Positions 13,995-26,370 are shown, counted from the stretch's first letter. The stretch is DNA of 64,000 nt from Octopus vulgaris (GCA_951406725.2 OX597837.1:36146001-36210000); one strand, 5' to 3'. Notes: generated by a model not told the origin, from the letters alone. Translations and numbers: made by a program.

Positions 13995-15020
13995 GCAAGG
14001 GCTATCTGAGGACATTTCATTTTTAGTTCATTACACCTTCAAATTATTTGATGATTCATTTGTTTTTTTGGGTTTTTTTCAGGTAACCCTTTCAAGATAT
14101 CATGTTATCTCAAAAAATGGAAAGACATTCGGTCATATTTGCTATACATTCAAACCACAGGGATTCAGAAATTAGCAACTTTCTAAATGTTGCAAGTTCA
14201 TTTGTACACAAAGTTCGGTTGGGACAGGAGGCAGGTGATGGTAATGTTTCACCTGTATCAAAGAGAGAAAAAAACCTTCACAACGCTCAGGCATTAAAAG
14301 GACGCCGGAATTTATACAACATGTTCAAAAGATTATCGATGAAAACCCCAGAAGATCAATGAGGTCCATTGCTAAAGAACTTCAGGTGTCAGAGTAGACT
14401 AAGACCTATGTAATGAGGAAAGACCAATTGGCGATCATTCGGTACTAGTAACATAGCTGTCACTTATAAACCCACGTGGGTTTATTTAACATTTCTGAAG
14501 AAAAAAGAACCCCCACCCCACCCCTAACCCTAACCCCACATATATAAAAAAAAACTTACGGAAAGTGACGATCTTCTTGAAATGTAAACAAATACACGTG
14601 ATGTAAACGGGGCTCATATCGAAAGAATGCCGGCCAATTCGTGTCTGCAAAGACACAGGAAAACCATCTCTTCCGTTCAAAATGGTTACTTAACAAATTG
14701 AAAAACCCTCATGAACAAGGCATGATTTGGTTTTTCGCCGACGAAAAAAAACTTTGACCAGGATCAAAAGTTTAACAGAAGAAATGACAGGTGGTCATGT
14801 GCAGATCCTTCTGGAGCACCTAGAGTGATGCACACGGAATTCACAGCAACTCTGATGGTTTTAGGAGTGGTGAGTAACGAAGGCCATGTGATACTTCCCC
14901 ACTTTTTTTCTACAGGGTCTTAGAATTAATGCTGCTGGATACATTGAGGTACTGGAAACTGTTATCAAGCCCTGAATTGATGAAATATACAAAGGAAGGC
15001 CATACGTGTTTCAACAAAAC
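13995..15020 (+). mobile_element. Degenerate Tc1/mariner transposase, maT/DD37D-like
   Basis: Frameshifted translation from ATG 14117: MERHSVIFAI..RTPEFIQHVQKIIDENPRRSMRSIAKELQVSE..WFFADEK(N)FDQDQKFNRRNDRW..MVLGVVSNEGHV..GLRINAAGYIEVLETVIKP..RPYVFQQ; third catalytic D not present. Confidence 0.8.
14430..14631. mobile_element. MITE inserted in the transposase (Merlin-like)
   Basis: GG..CC ends; imperfect TIRs GGCGATCATTCGGTA / GGCATTCTTTCGATA (reverse complement); 8-bp TSD GACCAATT/GGCCAATT; removing it restores ..VMRKDQFVSAKTQENH..; internal CCCTAACCCTAACCC. Confidence 0.7.
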
Positions 15021-15896
15021 CCTAGTTACCCATGAATAGTCGTCAAATTTCTCAAATTTCTTTACCGATATTGTGTCATCTCTTCGCTATGAGACATATG
15101 TGTGTGTGTGTGTATGTGTTTGTGTGTGTATGCAGGTATGTCTATTTACACACACATGCACACGTGCACGCGCGCGCACACACACGCATACATACATGTT
15201 ATAATAATGAAACCAAACCAAATAGTGATACTTTGAATTATTTAATACGTACGTTTCCGGTTTGCGTAGTGTACAGTAGGAAATGCATCCATTACGTAAA
15301 CCTTCTTCAGTTGAAACATTTGAAAATTGACTGTTACAACTTATACAGTCAGTCTAAACAAATCGGTTTAGTTACCACTTTAGACTCTGTTCCACCAATA
15401 TACATGTATGCATCCATGTACGTGTGTGTGTGTGCATATGTGTGTATGTATGTATGCATGTATGTAAGTGTGTGATAAAATCACAGGTTTTAACTGCACT
15501 TGAAGAGAAATAAAAGAAGCGAGAAAAATCTGAGGAGTTTCTTCATTTAGTTAAATATAGAAATTAATCAGTTTGGTCGCTTTTTCTCTCCATGAAGGGA
15601 CTGCTTCTCTGATTTAGCGATTCCATTTAGTTTTCATTATAAGGTTAAATTGGATGCACACACACACACACATACATACACACACACACACACATACACA
15701 CATACACACACACACACATACGCACACACACACATACAGACACGAACACACACCCACATGCATTCATTGATAAGAACATTGTTGTGTGTGTGTACGCCCG
15801 CGCATGTGTGTGTGTGCATATGTGTTTAAACCTGTGTTCGTATATATTTATTATACATATATATATACATATACATGCATATATAAATATACATAT

Positions 15897-16015
<119 letters not shown>

Positions 16016-16115
16016 ATATGTATAAATATATATGTGTACATATATATATATATACACATATAGATTTAAATACATAGATAGATGCATATCTCTGCATCTG
16101 TCTATCTATCTATCG

Positions 16116-16151
<36 letters not shown>

Positions 16152-16166
16152 GTCTATCTATCTATT

Positions 16167-16263
<97 letters not shown>

Positions 16264-16270
16264 CTATCTG

Positions 16271-16357
<87 letters not shown>

Positions 16358-16484
16358 GTCTATCTATCTATCTATCTGTCTGTCTGTCTATCTATCTATT
16401 CTATCTATCTAATCTCTCCCTGTCTGTATGTCTATCTGTATGTCTATCTATCGATTTATCTATTAATCCCTCCTTATATGTATG

Positions 16485-16557
<73 letters not shown>

Positions 16558-16942
16558 ATATATACGTGTGTGTGTGAGTATAAAGATATATATATATATG
16601 TGTGTGTGAAATTACATATGCATATTCCAGATATAATACACCGACAGTGTGTTATCACAGCAGTTTTCAATTATTTGCTCCAGTAAAAATCCAATTTCTT
16701 CTGTTTTCTTTCCATCTGTTCCCCCCGTATCGGTTTCCAGCGTTCACTCATTTTCGATCTGATTAGTTCAATATCAATTTTGATCAAATCTGCTTTTGTA
16801 TAAATACCATTGTCTCCGTTAACGAAACGATAATACATTTTCTTTTCTTTTTTTTCGGGAGGAACGTCTTTTCACACGTCACCGCTTAATAGATTTCTAT
16901 ATTGGAAATATATATTATATACAGATTTATAATGAATTATAT

Positions 16943-17780
16943 AGGGCGCAGGCGTGGCTGTGTGGTAAGAAGTTTTTCTTCCCAGCCAAATAGTTCCGGG
17001 TTACGTTCAGAGTTCAAATTCCGCCGAGGTCGACTTGGCCTTTCATCCTTTCGGGGTCGATAAATTAAGTACCAGTTACGCACTGGGGTCGATGTAATCG
17101 ATTTAATACCTATGTCTGTCCTTGTTTGTCCCCTCTGTGTTTAGCCCCTTGTGGGTAATAAAGAAATAGGTAAGAGGTTTCCTTTCCAACCACATGGTTC
17201 CGGGTTCAGTCCCACTGCGTGGTACCTTGGGCAAGTATCTTCTGCTATAGTGAGTGAATTTGTTTGACGGAAACTGAAAGAAGCCTAGCGTATATATGTG
17301 TATATGTATCCATCTGTGTATCTGTGCTTGCCCCCACCCCATCACCATATAGGGCGCAGGCGTGGCTGTGTGCTAAGAAGTTTTTCTTCCCAACCAAATG
17401 GTCCCGGGTTCAGTCCCACTGCGTGGCACCTTGGGCAAATATCTTCTGCTATAGTGAGTGAATTTGGTTGACGGAAACTGAAAGAAGCCTAGCGTATATA
17501 TGTGTATATGTATCCATCTGTGTGTATGTGTGTTTGTCCCCCCCCCCATCACCGCTTGACAATCGGTGTCGACGTGATTACGTTGATGTGCTTACGGTGC
17601 TCCAGCATGGCCGCAGTCAAATAACTGAAACGAATGAAGGAATATGGCTGCGTTTCTTTCATCATTACGTACTAAGTTCAAATTCCGTCGCGGTGGACTT
17701 TGCCGTTTTCCCTTCAGAGGTCCATCAAATAAGTAATTGAGTTCCCCACCTTTCGAAATTGCTGGCTTTGTACCAAAACA
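16943..17780 (+). mobile_element. Mosaic of locally duplicated SINE A heads and SINE B fragments
   Basis: SINE A starts at about 16943, 17168 and 17350; SINE B body at about 17002-17168 and 17645-17780. Confidence 0.8.
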
Positions 17781-17809
17781 AGAACCACACACATACACAC
17801 ACACACACA

Positions 17810-17847
<38 letters not shown>

Positions 17848-18117
17848 CACGCAGTCACACACACACATGCAAGCAATCACACACAAACATACACACTCAT
17901 GCATGCAATAACACACACACACACACATGCAAGCTAACGCACAATCACCCCGAAATGCACGCAATCACACACACACACACATATGCACGCAATCACACAC
18001 TTACACACACATATGCACGCAATCATATACACACACACACACCCACAAACACACACACATACACACATATATATATAGAGAGAGAGAAAAAGAGAGAGAG
18101 ACATGGGAAAGAGAGAC

Positions 18118-18228
<111 letters not shown>

Positions 18229-18230
18229 TG

Positions 18231-18280
<50 letters not shown>

Positions 18281-18554
18281 CAAATATGTGTGTGTGTGTG
18301 TGTTCGTACGTACGTGTGTATCTAAACCATTAATTGCGACCTAACACTTGTTGCGTATTAACGAGTGGATGTTTTGCGTCTTCCAACGACGTCATTACCG
18401 ATGTGTCGCCATATTTTGAGGCATATTTTCAAACAAACCGTTTTTGCACCGAAAAATCTATTCTCGTATCTTAACAAGGACGCCATGTTGTTACATTTTG
18501 ATGACATGATTTGTCAAAACAGTTCGGGAGCAGAGTTTCTGAATTAGTTTGACG

Positions 18555-19186
18555 TGTGTATGAGTGCGTGTGCGTGTGTGTGTGTGTGTACGTGTGTGTG
18601 TGTTTGTGTGTGTGTGTGCGTGTGTGCGTTTGTGTGTGTGTGTGCGTGTGTGTGCGAGTGTGTATGTCTGTGTGTGCGAGTGTATATGTCTGTGTGTTTA
18701 TGTGTAGGTGTGTGTGTACGTACGTGTGTGTGCGTGTTTGCTTGCTTGTGTACGTGCGTGAGTTCGTGTGTGTGATTGTGTGCGTGTGTGTATGTGTGTG
18801 CGTATGTGTGTGTGTGCGTGCGTGTGAGTGTACGTATGTGTTTGTGTGTGTGTGTATGTGTGTGCGTATGTGTGTGTGGGTGTGCGTGCGTGTGCATGTG
18901 TGCATGTGTGTGTGCGTGTGTGTGCGTGTATGCGTGTATGTGTGTGTATGCTTGTGTGTGTGCGCGTGTGTGTGTATGTGTGTGCGTGTGTGTATTTGTG
19001 TGTGTGCGCGCGTATGTGTTCGTGTGTGCGTGTGTATGTGTGTGTATGCGTGTGTATGTGTGTGAGTGTGTGTACGTGTGTGTACGTGTGTGTGGTGTGC
19101 TTCTGTGTGTGTACAAGTGTGTGTGCGTGTCTGTGTGTGTGTGTGTAAGTGTGTGTGCGTGCGTTCGTGTGTGTGTGTGTGTGTGT
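18555..19186. repeat. Long degenerate (TG)n/(CG) alternating purine-pyrimidine tract
   Basis: About 630 bp of interrupted TG repeats. Confidence 0.95.
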
Positions 19187-19309
19187 GGATATTTGTACGT
19201 TTTGTTTGAATTTTTGAGTTTCCCAAAGCCTGGTGCAAAAACAGTTGCAGCAATTTAAATGAGTGGAGAGACCCTTTATGCGATCCAGTTTCTGTTCATA
19301 TATTAGTTT

Positions 19310-19460
19310 CAGAATTATGGCACAAGGCCAGCAATTTTGGGGGTGGCGTAGGGGCAAGTTGATCACATCGACCGCAGCGCTCAGCTGGTACTTATTCTAT
19401 CGACTCTGAAATAGATGAAAGGCAATGTCGACCTCGGCGGAATTTTAACTCAAAACGTAC
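19310..19460 (-). mobile_element. SINE family B, 3' part
   Basis: ggcacaaggcc..ctggtactta..atgaaaggcaa.gtcgacctcggcggaatt. Confidence 0.8.
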
Positions 19461-19463
19461 GTT

Positions 19464-19722
19464 AAGGTGCTGAAGAGTTCCTGGTTTGGGATGAAAGAAA
19501 AGACAAGAGGATCAGTTAATTATGATTTTATTCAATATATTCCCCTCTCAGATTCATATGCTTACTGCAGCGGTCCTTCAGTTTTTCCTAAGCCCTATAA
19601 AAGGACTTGGAAGGTTGAGCCTCTAACCAGGCCTTTCATAATATCCTTAAAAACAGGCACTTAATACAAAAGGATCTGTTAATTATGGTTTTTTTCAACC
19701 TATTCCCCTCTCAGATTCATAG
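19464..19722 (-). mobile_element. Mariner 3' end fragment with a short partial duplication
   Basis: Minus strand ends ..YES(E/R)GEYIE*, the mariner transposase C-terminus; aggatc.gttaattatg..ttcccctctcagattcata occurs twice (about 19508 and 19670). Confidence 0.6.
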
Positions 19723-19819
19723 CCTGAGACTAAACTACAACAGCAACAAGAATTGTAAAAATGTACCCTTTAGATTAAGATACCCTCACAAATTTATGCC
19801 TCATTTAAAAAAAAATCTA

Positions 19820-20410
19820 CAGGGTGATTCAAAAGTCTCCATACATAGGAAAAATTTATTTTCTTTATAAGAAGCAGTTTATAAGATCCCCTAGATCCTC
19901 TGATCTGACCCCTCTTGATTTTTATCTTTGGGGGAATTTGAAAGGCATGGTGTATCGCGAAAAGACGGCGGCGAGCTGGCAGAATCGTTAGCAAGCCGGG
20001 CGAAATGCTTAGAGGCATTTCGTTCGTCTTTACGCTTTGAGTTCAAATTCTGGCGAGGTTGATTTTGCCTTTCATCCTTTCGAAGTCGATAAAATAAGTA
20101 CCGTTTGAGTACTGGGTGTCGATGTAATTGACTACCAACTCCCTCAAATTTCAGGCCTTGTGCCTTTAGTAGAAAGGAAAAAACAAAAGGGAACTCATTT
20201 GCAGGAACGCATCACCAACATATTTGGACACGTATCACCGGATGTGCAATTACGAGTTTACAATTAGTGGGGTAAACGTATTGCAATGTGTATTCAAAAC
20301 AATGGTAACCATTTAAGAGCCTGTTAAATAAAAAAAAACTGTTCTTATAAACTGTTTCTTATATATAAAAATAAATTGTTCTTATGTATGGCGAATTTTG
20401 AATCACCCTG
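19820..20410 (+). mobile_element. Tc1/mariner deletion derivative with both TIRs, carrying a SINE B
   Basis: TA|CAGGGTGATTCAAAA.. and ..TTTTGAATCACCCTG|TA, TIRs of about 65 bp; internal PRSSDLTPLDFYLWG..LKGMVYREK and ..KRIAMCIQNNGNH; SINE B at 19966-20176. Confidence 0.85.
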
Positions 20411-20796
20411 TACATTATTTTGCAGGTCACATGACCCATGTGGCGGCGTTTAATATAAACGGCGCTTCGTAGATGTCGTGTTGGTTATGACATTTTCCAG
20501 AGACGTACATGTGTTTATCGTTGAACGAGTACGAAACCGAATCCAGTTTAAAATGAAATGAAAAGCAAAAATAATAACAAGCAATAAACGACACAAGTAT
20601 GCGATTACACAAATATTCCATAACTATAAACATTAAACAATGAAAATTTAAACAATCAAAACTGGCGTCCGACATTGCAAAATGCCATCGTTGACACGAC
20701 GCAGTTTAATGGACGTTTAAAAATTTAACAGCAGGAACAGAGCGCTGCAACAAACATGTGACGTCGGGGAAGGAGTTTAATGCTGATTAATATTGA

Positions 20797-21560
20797 TTTC
20801 AAATTTTGGCACGAGGCCCGAAATTTTCGGGGAGGAGGCCAGTCGATTAGATCGACCCCAGTACGCAACTGGTACTTAATTCATCGGTCCCGAAAGAATG
20901 AAAGGCAAAGTCGACCTCGGCGGAATTTGAACTCAAAACGTAAAAACGGATGAAATACCTATTTCTTTATTGCCCACAAGGTGCTAAACACAGAGAGGAC
21001 AAACAAGGACAGACAAACGGATTAAGTCGATTATATCGACCCCAGTGCCTAACTGGTACTTAATTCATCGACCCCGAAAGGACGAAAGGCAAAGTCGACC
21101 TCGGCGGAATTTGAACTCACAACGTAACGGCAGACGAAATATTGCTAAGCATTTCGCCCGGCGTGCTAACTTTTCTGCCAGCTCGCCGCCTTCTCTCTGG
21201 TTAATATTTTTTTCTACTCTAGGCACAAGGTCCGAAATTTTGGGGGAGGGGTGGGGCAGTCGATTAGATCGACCCCAGTATGCATCTGGTACTTAATTTA
21301 TCGACCTCGAAAGGATGAAAAGTAAAGTCGACCTCGACGGAATAATATTTTCTACTCTAGGCACAAGGCCCGAAATTTTAGGGGAGGGAGCCAGTCGATT
21401 ACATCGACCTCAGTGCGTAACTGGTACTTAATTTATCAAACACGAAAGGATGAAAGGCAAAGTCGACCTCGGTGGAATTCCAATTCAGAATGTAAAGACG
21501 GATGAAATGCCGCTCAGCATTTCGTCCGGCGTGCTAACGATTCTGCCAGCTCTCACTGCC
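20797..21560 (-). mobile_element. Cluster of four SINE family B copies or fragments, same orientation
   Basis: Motif tcgaccccagt..ctggtacttaatt.atcg..aaaggcaaagtcgacctcgg recurs near 20850, 21035, 21270 and 21403. Confidence 0.85.
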
Positions 21561-21656
21561 TTTAATAATAATAACGATATACATGTGTATGAGTAGAGAG
21601 AGAGAGACAGAGAGAGAGATAGTTATTTAAACAACCATACAGACAGACAGATACAC

Positions 21657-21715
<59 letters not shown>

Positions 21716-21723
21716 CAGAAAAC

Positions 21724-21783
<60 letters not shown>

Positions 21784-21787
21784 AAAC

Positions 21788-21883
<96 letters not shown>

Positions 21884-22018
21884 CAGAAAACTAGATAGAT
21901 AGATAGATTGATAGAGAAGCAGACAGACAGAAAGAAAGATATATAGATAAATAAACAGACAGATAGACAGAGATAGAGAGATAGACGGATATATAGAGAG
22001 ATAGACAGGTAGATAGAC

Positions 22019-22049
<31 letters not shown>

Positions 22050-22252
22050 TAGATATGTGAGCGTGCATGGAAGAAAGTGAGAGCTGCACCAGGCGGCTAT
22101 CAACTGTTACGTCTCGTTAGAAATTCCCGGATTAACGTTTAATCTGTCTAATGCGGCATTTATTCCATACGATTGACTTTACAATGGCCGGATTATCAAG
22201 GCTTTATCTGTGCATCGGGTGTAAAACTGTATCATCATCATCATCATCATTT

Positions 22253-22300
<48 letters not shown>

Positions 22301-22558
22301 CAGTAATTGTTTTATTGGAGGCGGTGGTGGTGCTGGTGGTAGTGGAGGTGTTTACAGCATCACTATCGTTATTAGTGTTGATGTTACGGTGGTGGTGGTG
22401 GTGGTGGTGGTGACGTAACACTTGTGATGGTGGTGGTGATTACGGGGTTTATTTTGTTAGTGGTGGTCACGGTGTTAGTTGTAGCGACGATGCGCGTGGT
22501 TGTTGTGGGGAAGTGGTTTGTTCTAGTGTTGGTGTCGCAGGTGAAGGAGACGGTCGGT

Positions 22559-22888
22559 GATGGTGGTGGTGGTGATGGTGGTGGTGGTGGTGGTGATAAT
22601 GGTGGTGGTGGTGGTGATGGTGGTGGTGGTGGTGGTGGTGGTGGTGGTGGTGGTGGTGATGGTGGTAATGGTGGTGGTGGTGGTGGTGGTGGTGGTGGTG
22701 GTGGTGGTGATGGTGGTGATGGTGGTGGTGGTGGTGGTGATGGTGATGGTGATGGTGGTGGTGGTGATGAGGGTGATGGTGGTGGTGGTGGTGATGGTGA
22801 TGGTGGTGGTGGTGATGAGGGTGATGGTGGTGGTGGTGGTGGTGATGGTGGTGATGGTGGTGATGGTGGTGATGGTGGTGGTGGTGGC
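22559..22888. repeat. (GGT)n/(GAT) trinucleotide tract
   Basis: Direct reading; source of the poly-G/V/T ORFs. Confidence 0.95.
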
Positions 22889-23171
22889 GGTGTTGGACTC
22901 AGTAGCCATGTTCTTGTTGTTGTTATTGTGGTAATGGTTATGACGGTGGTGGTGATGCTGGTGCTAGTGGTGGTGGTGGTAGTAGTGGTAGTGGTGGCTG
23001 TGGTAGCGATAGCGAATATGGCGTTGGTTTTGTTGGTGATGGTGGTAATGATGCTAGTTCCTAGGGTGGCGGTGGTGTTAGTATTTCTAGAAATGTTATT
23101 ACTTAACTCAAGTTCATTCCAGCCATGCCCAACTAATATATTTTTAAAATAGTGTCTATTACACGAGTTAA

Positions 23172-23360
23172 CGAGCTGGCAGAAACGTTAGCCGGACGAA
23201 ACGCTTAGCGACCTTCTGAGATCGAATTCTGCTGATGTCGACTTTGACTTTCATCCTTTCGGGGTCGATAAATTAAGTACCAGTGAAACGCTGGAGTCGA
23301 TGTAATCGAATAGTCCCCTCCACACAAAATTTCAGACCGTGTGTCTTTTAGTAGAAAGAA
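23172..23360 (+). mobile_element. SINE family B
   Basis: cgagctggcagaaacgttag..ctttcatcctttcggggtcgataaattaagtaccag..agtagaaag. Confidence 0.8.
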
Positions 23361-23365
23361 ATATT

Positions 23366-23604
23366 ACTCTTTTACTCTTGTACTTGTTTCAGTCATTTGA
23401 CTGCGGCCATGCTGGAGCACCGCCTTTAGTCGAGCAAATCGACCCCAGGACTTATTCTTTGTAAGCCTAGTACTTACTCTATCGGGCTCGTTTAGCCGAA
23501 CCGCTAAGTTACGAGGACGTAAACACACCAGCATCGGTTGTCAAGTGATGTTGGGGGGGATACAAACACAGATACACAAACGACACACAAACATATTCAC
23601 ACAC

Positions 23605-23648
<44 letters not shown>

Positions 23649-23812
23649 GACGGGCTTCTTTCAGTTTCCGTCAACCAAATCCACTCACAACGCTTTGGTA
23701 GGCCCGAGGCTATAGAAGAAGACACTTGCCCAAGGTGCCACGCAGTGGGACTGAACCCGGAACCGTGTGGTTGGCAAGCAAGCTACTTACCACACAGCCA
23801 CTCATGTGCCTA
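23366..23812 (-). mobile_element. SINE family A, full length
   Basis: Reverse complement of 60458-60870 including GAGTAAAAGAGT tail; tail-to-tail with the preceding SINE B. Confidence 0.9.
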
Positions 23813-23860
23813 TTCTTAACGAAACATTGTTGTTTTTTGTTGCTGTTGTTATTGTTGTTG

Positions 23861-23893
<33 letters not shown>

Positions 23894-24046
23894 CGACGAC
23901 GATGCGGTTTAGCCCAAGGTGGGAGCCTGATTCAGCTTACCGTATCACCAAAGCACATCCCAGCCAAACATCCCGAACATCCCGAACATCCAGTCACCAT
24001 TTTCCCTATGGTCAAACAAGACAATGAACGTATGTATATTACGCAA

Positions 24047-24280
24047 TAGCCTAATGGTTAGGGTGTTGCACTCACGGTCGTGAGATAGTGGGTTCGATTC
24101 CTGGACCAGGTGGTGCATTGTGTTCTTGAGCAAAACACTTCATCTCACATTGCTCTGCGATCACTTCAACACTTGACATGTGGCACACCTGTTGCACCTG
24201 TGAGTGAATGTGCAGCACCAACATTTGATCATTATAAGCGAATCATTTGTGCAGCTCGTTCGTCAAAGGCTGAACAGTCG
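24047..24280 (+). mobile_element. tRNA-derived SINE (family C-like head)
   Basis: TAGCCTAATGGTTAGG A-box, GGGTTCGATTCC B-box, tgtgttcttgagcaaaacactt core. Confidence 0.7.
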
Positions 24281-24284
24281 TATA

Positions 24285-24857
24285 TCATATATATATATAT
24301 ATATATATACAATACATAAATGTGGAATGGTGTCTGTCTGTCTGTGTGTTTGGTGTTAGTCTAACTCCTCCCACACCGTCCAACTGATCTTAATGATTTT
24401 TGGCACATAGGTGGATCACATGCCCTAAAGTTCAAATGAGGCCGGAATGTTTTGAAAACTCGATAATGCTCAGTTGGCATCGATTTTTGTGAGCTCAATC
24501 GGGCGTTTGAATGGAAATTCCCATAACGATGTCAATTTTCTTGCAGCTTTTGCATTTTTTGTCCGATTTTGATGAAAATCGATGAGTGAGCGAGGATCAT
24601 GACAGTGGGTTAATGACAGTATATGTCTGCACCATTGAACACGTCGTCGGCTGCAAAAAAACCGCTCCGTCGTCTGCTCTGATCATTTTTCCTTCGCCTT
24701 CCACACATCTACACATCCTGGAACAGACTGCCGAACCAGATATAACATCTTAATGGGTAATTATTGGCTCGGGGAACGTAGAAGGTTTCAATACAAGGTC
24801 AGAGGTGGGCTCAACTTCAACACGGAAAGCATGGGCAATGCTGGGTCCATCAACTAG
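24285..24857 (+). mobile_element. Non-autonomous Helitron
   Basis: 5' A|TC start followed by (AT)n and (GTCT)n; 3' hairpin AGCAT-GGGCA-ATGCT about 11 nt before CTAG|T; no TSD or TIR. Confidence 0.7.
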
Positions 24858-25013
24858 TATATATATATATATATATATTTAAATAATGAGGAAGATATAT
24901 TGAATATTAATTTAATTAATATCAATTTAAAACCAGTAGTCTAGCATACAAAAATCTGAAGAATCAGAGAAAATTCTAATACATGTGTATATTTAAATAT
25001 TACCTGTGGAACG

Positions 25014-25090
25014 ATCGTACTGACGAGTCCTACGGACGAGGGATTACGTAAGTGATTCATTCGTTAATTGGCGAAACCTAGGTCTGCGAT
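25014..25090 (+). ncRNA. Type I hammerhead ribozyme motif with intact core
   Basis: ATCGTA-CTGACGA-GTC..GGC-GAAA-CC-TA-GG-TC-TGCGAT: stem I 6 bp (one G.U), all core residues present, palindromic stem III ACCTAGGT, predicted cleavage after GUC at 25084. Confidence 0.7.
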
Positions 25091-25253
25091 TAATTCTTGT
25101 TTTTTATATAATTTTCATCTGTCTTGCCCGCATATTGTTCTGGTGTCCGCTGAATTTTTTTTCTCTAGAGAACATTCTTTTCTTTGTAATTTGATCGCAG
25201 GTGATCTACTTCTAGCATATGGCTGACCACATAGTGGTTTTTTAGCCCTTTAA

Positions 25254-25309
<56 letters not shown>

Positions 25310-25313
25310 ATAG

Positions 25314-25516
25314 ATGCAGGACTGGCAGTGTGGTAAGAAGCTTGATTCCCAATCACATGGTTCCGGGTTCAGTCTCCCTGTGCGGCACCTTGGGCAAGTG
25401 TCTTCTACTATAGCCGAGCAAAGCCCTTGCGGATTTGGTAGACGGAAACTGAAAGAAACCCGTTGTGTGTACAAATATATGTATATGTCTGTGTGTATGT
25501 GTGTGTGTATGTGTGT
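25314..25516 (+). mobile_element. SINE family A, 5' half
   Basis: tggcagtgtggtaagaag..ggttccgggttcagtc..ggcaccttgggcaagtgtcttc. Confidence 0.8.
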
Positions 25517-26334
25517 GTGTGCGTGTGTGTGTGTGTAGTCAAATCAAATAATCGAAAAATAAAATTAGGATTAACAAGCAGCAAGAGGCAATGCAAAGGA
25601 ATGTATTTCTTTGAGGCTCAGTGAAAAAGAGTTCTGAATGTTTCATGCCATAGCTCTCCGTCGGAGAAGAAAAAGGGAATATTTCAAAAGAAGGTGGGGA
25701 AAATCACCAACAGCCCCCTTGTAATATCTACATATATGGATTACTTAATATATATATAAGAATAAAGACAAGCTGGACACATAAAGCCGTCAGGTATACA
25801 CGACTCTGTTGCTTCTGAAGTCACTTGTTTTGCTTAAGAAGTTAAGACTTTAAGAATTTGAACTGACCGAGCACTAACATACCTTGCGTTCTGTTCTTGC
25901 TTTACAATTCCCTCACACAGACACAGACACATACACACACATCTGTATGTATGAATGTATGTATATAATGCGTGTGTATAACAAGAGAGAAAGTGCGACA
26001 GACACACAGGCAGACACACAGACAGAAATAAAATTTATTCCTTTTTAATCGATTTTAGACCGTTTCAATTATTATAACAAATTACCTTTACAGAATTTTT
26101 TCTATTTTACATACACACACACACGAACACACTCACACACACATACACACAGTCACACACACATTTACATACATACACAAACATACGTACAAGCATGAAT
26201 ACATATAAATACATACACGTCAATACACACGTATACATACGTACGTACAAAAACGCAAGCATACATACACACATACCTAGGTATATATATATATATATGT
26301 GTGTATGTATATATATGTATATATATAAATATGC

Positions 26335-26370
<36 letters not shown>

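Noticed and set aside
14514-14537. Telomeric CCCTAA repeats
   Set aside because: Only two to three units inside a MITE; not a telomere or fusion site.
18400-18490. YY1-like CGCCATnTT motifs (also near 12289)
   Set aside because: Short motifs without independent promoter evidence.
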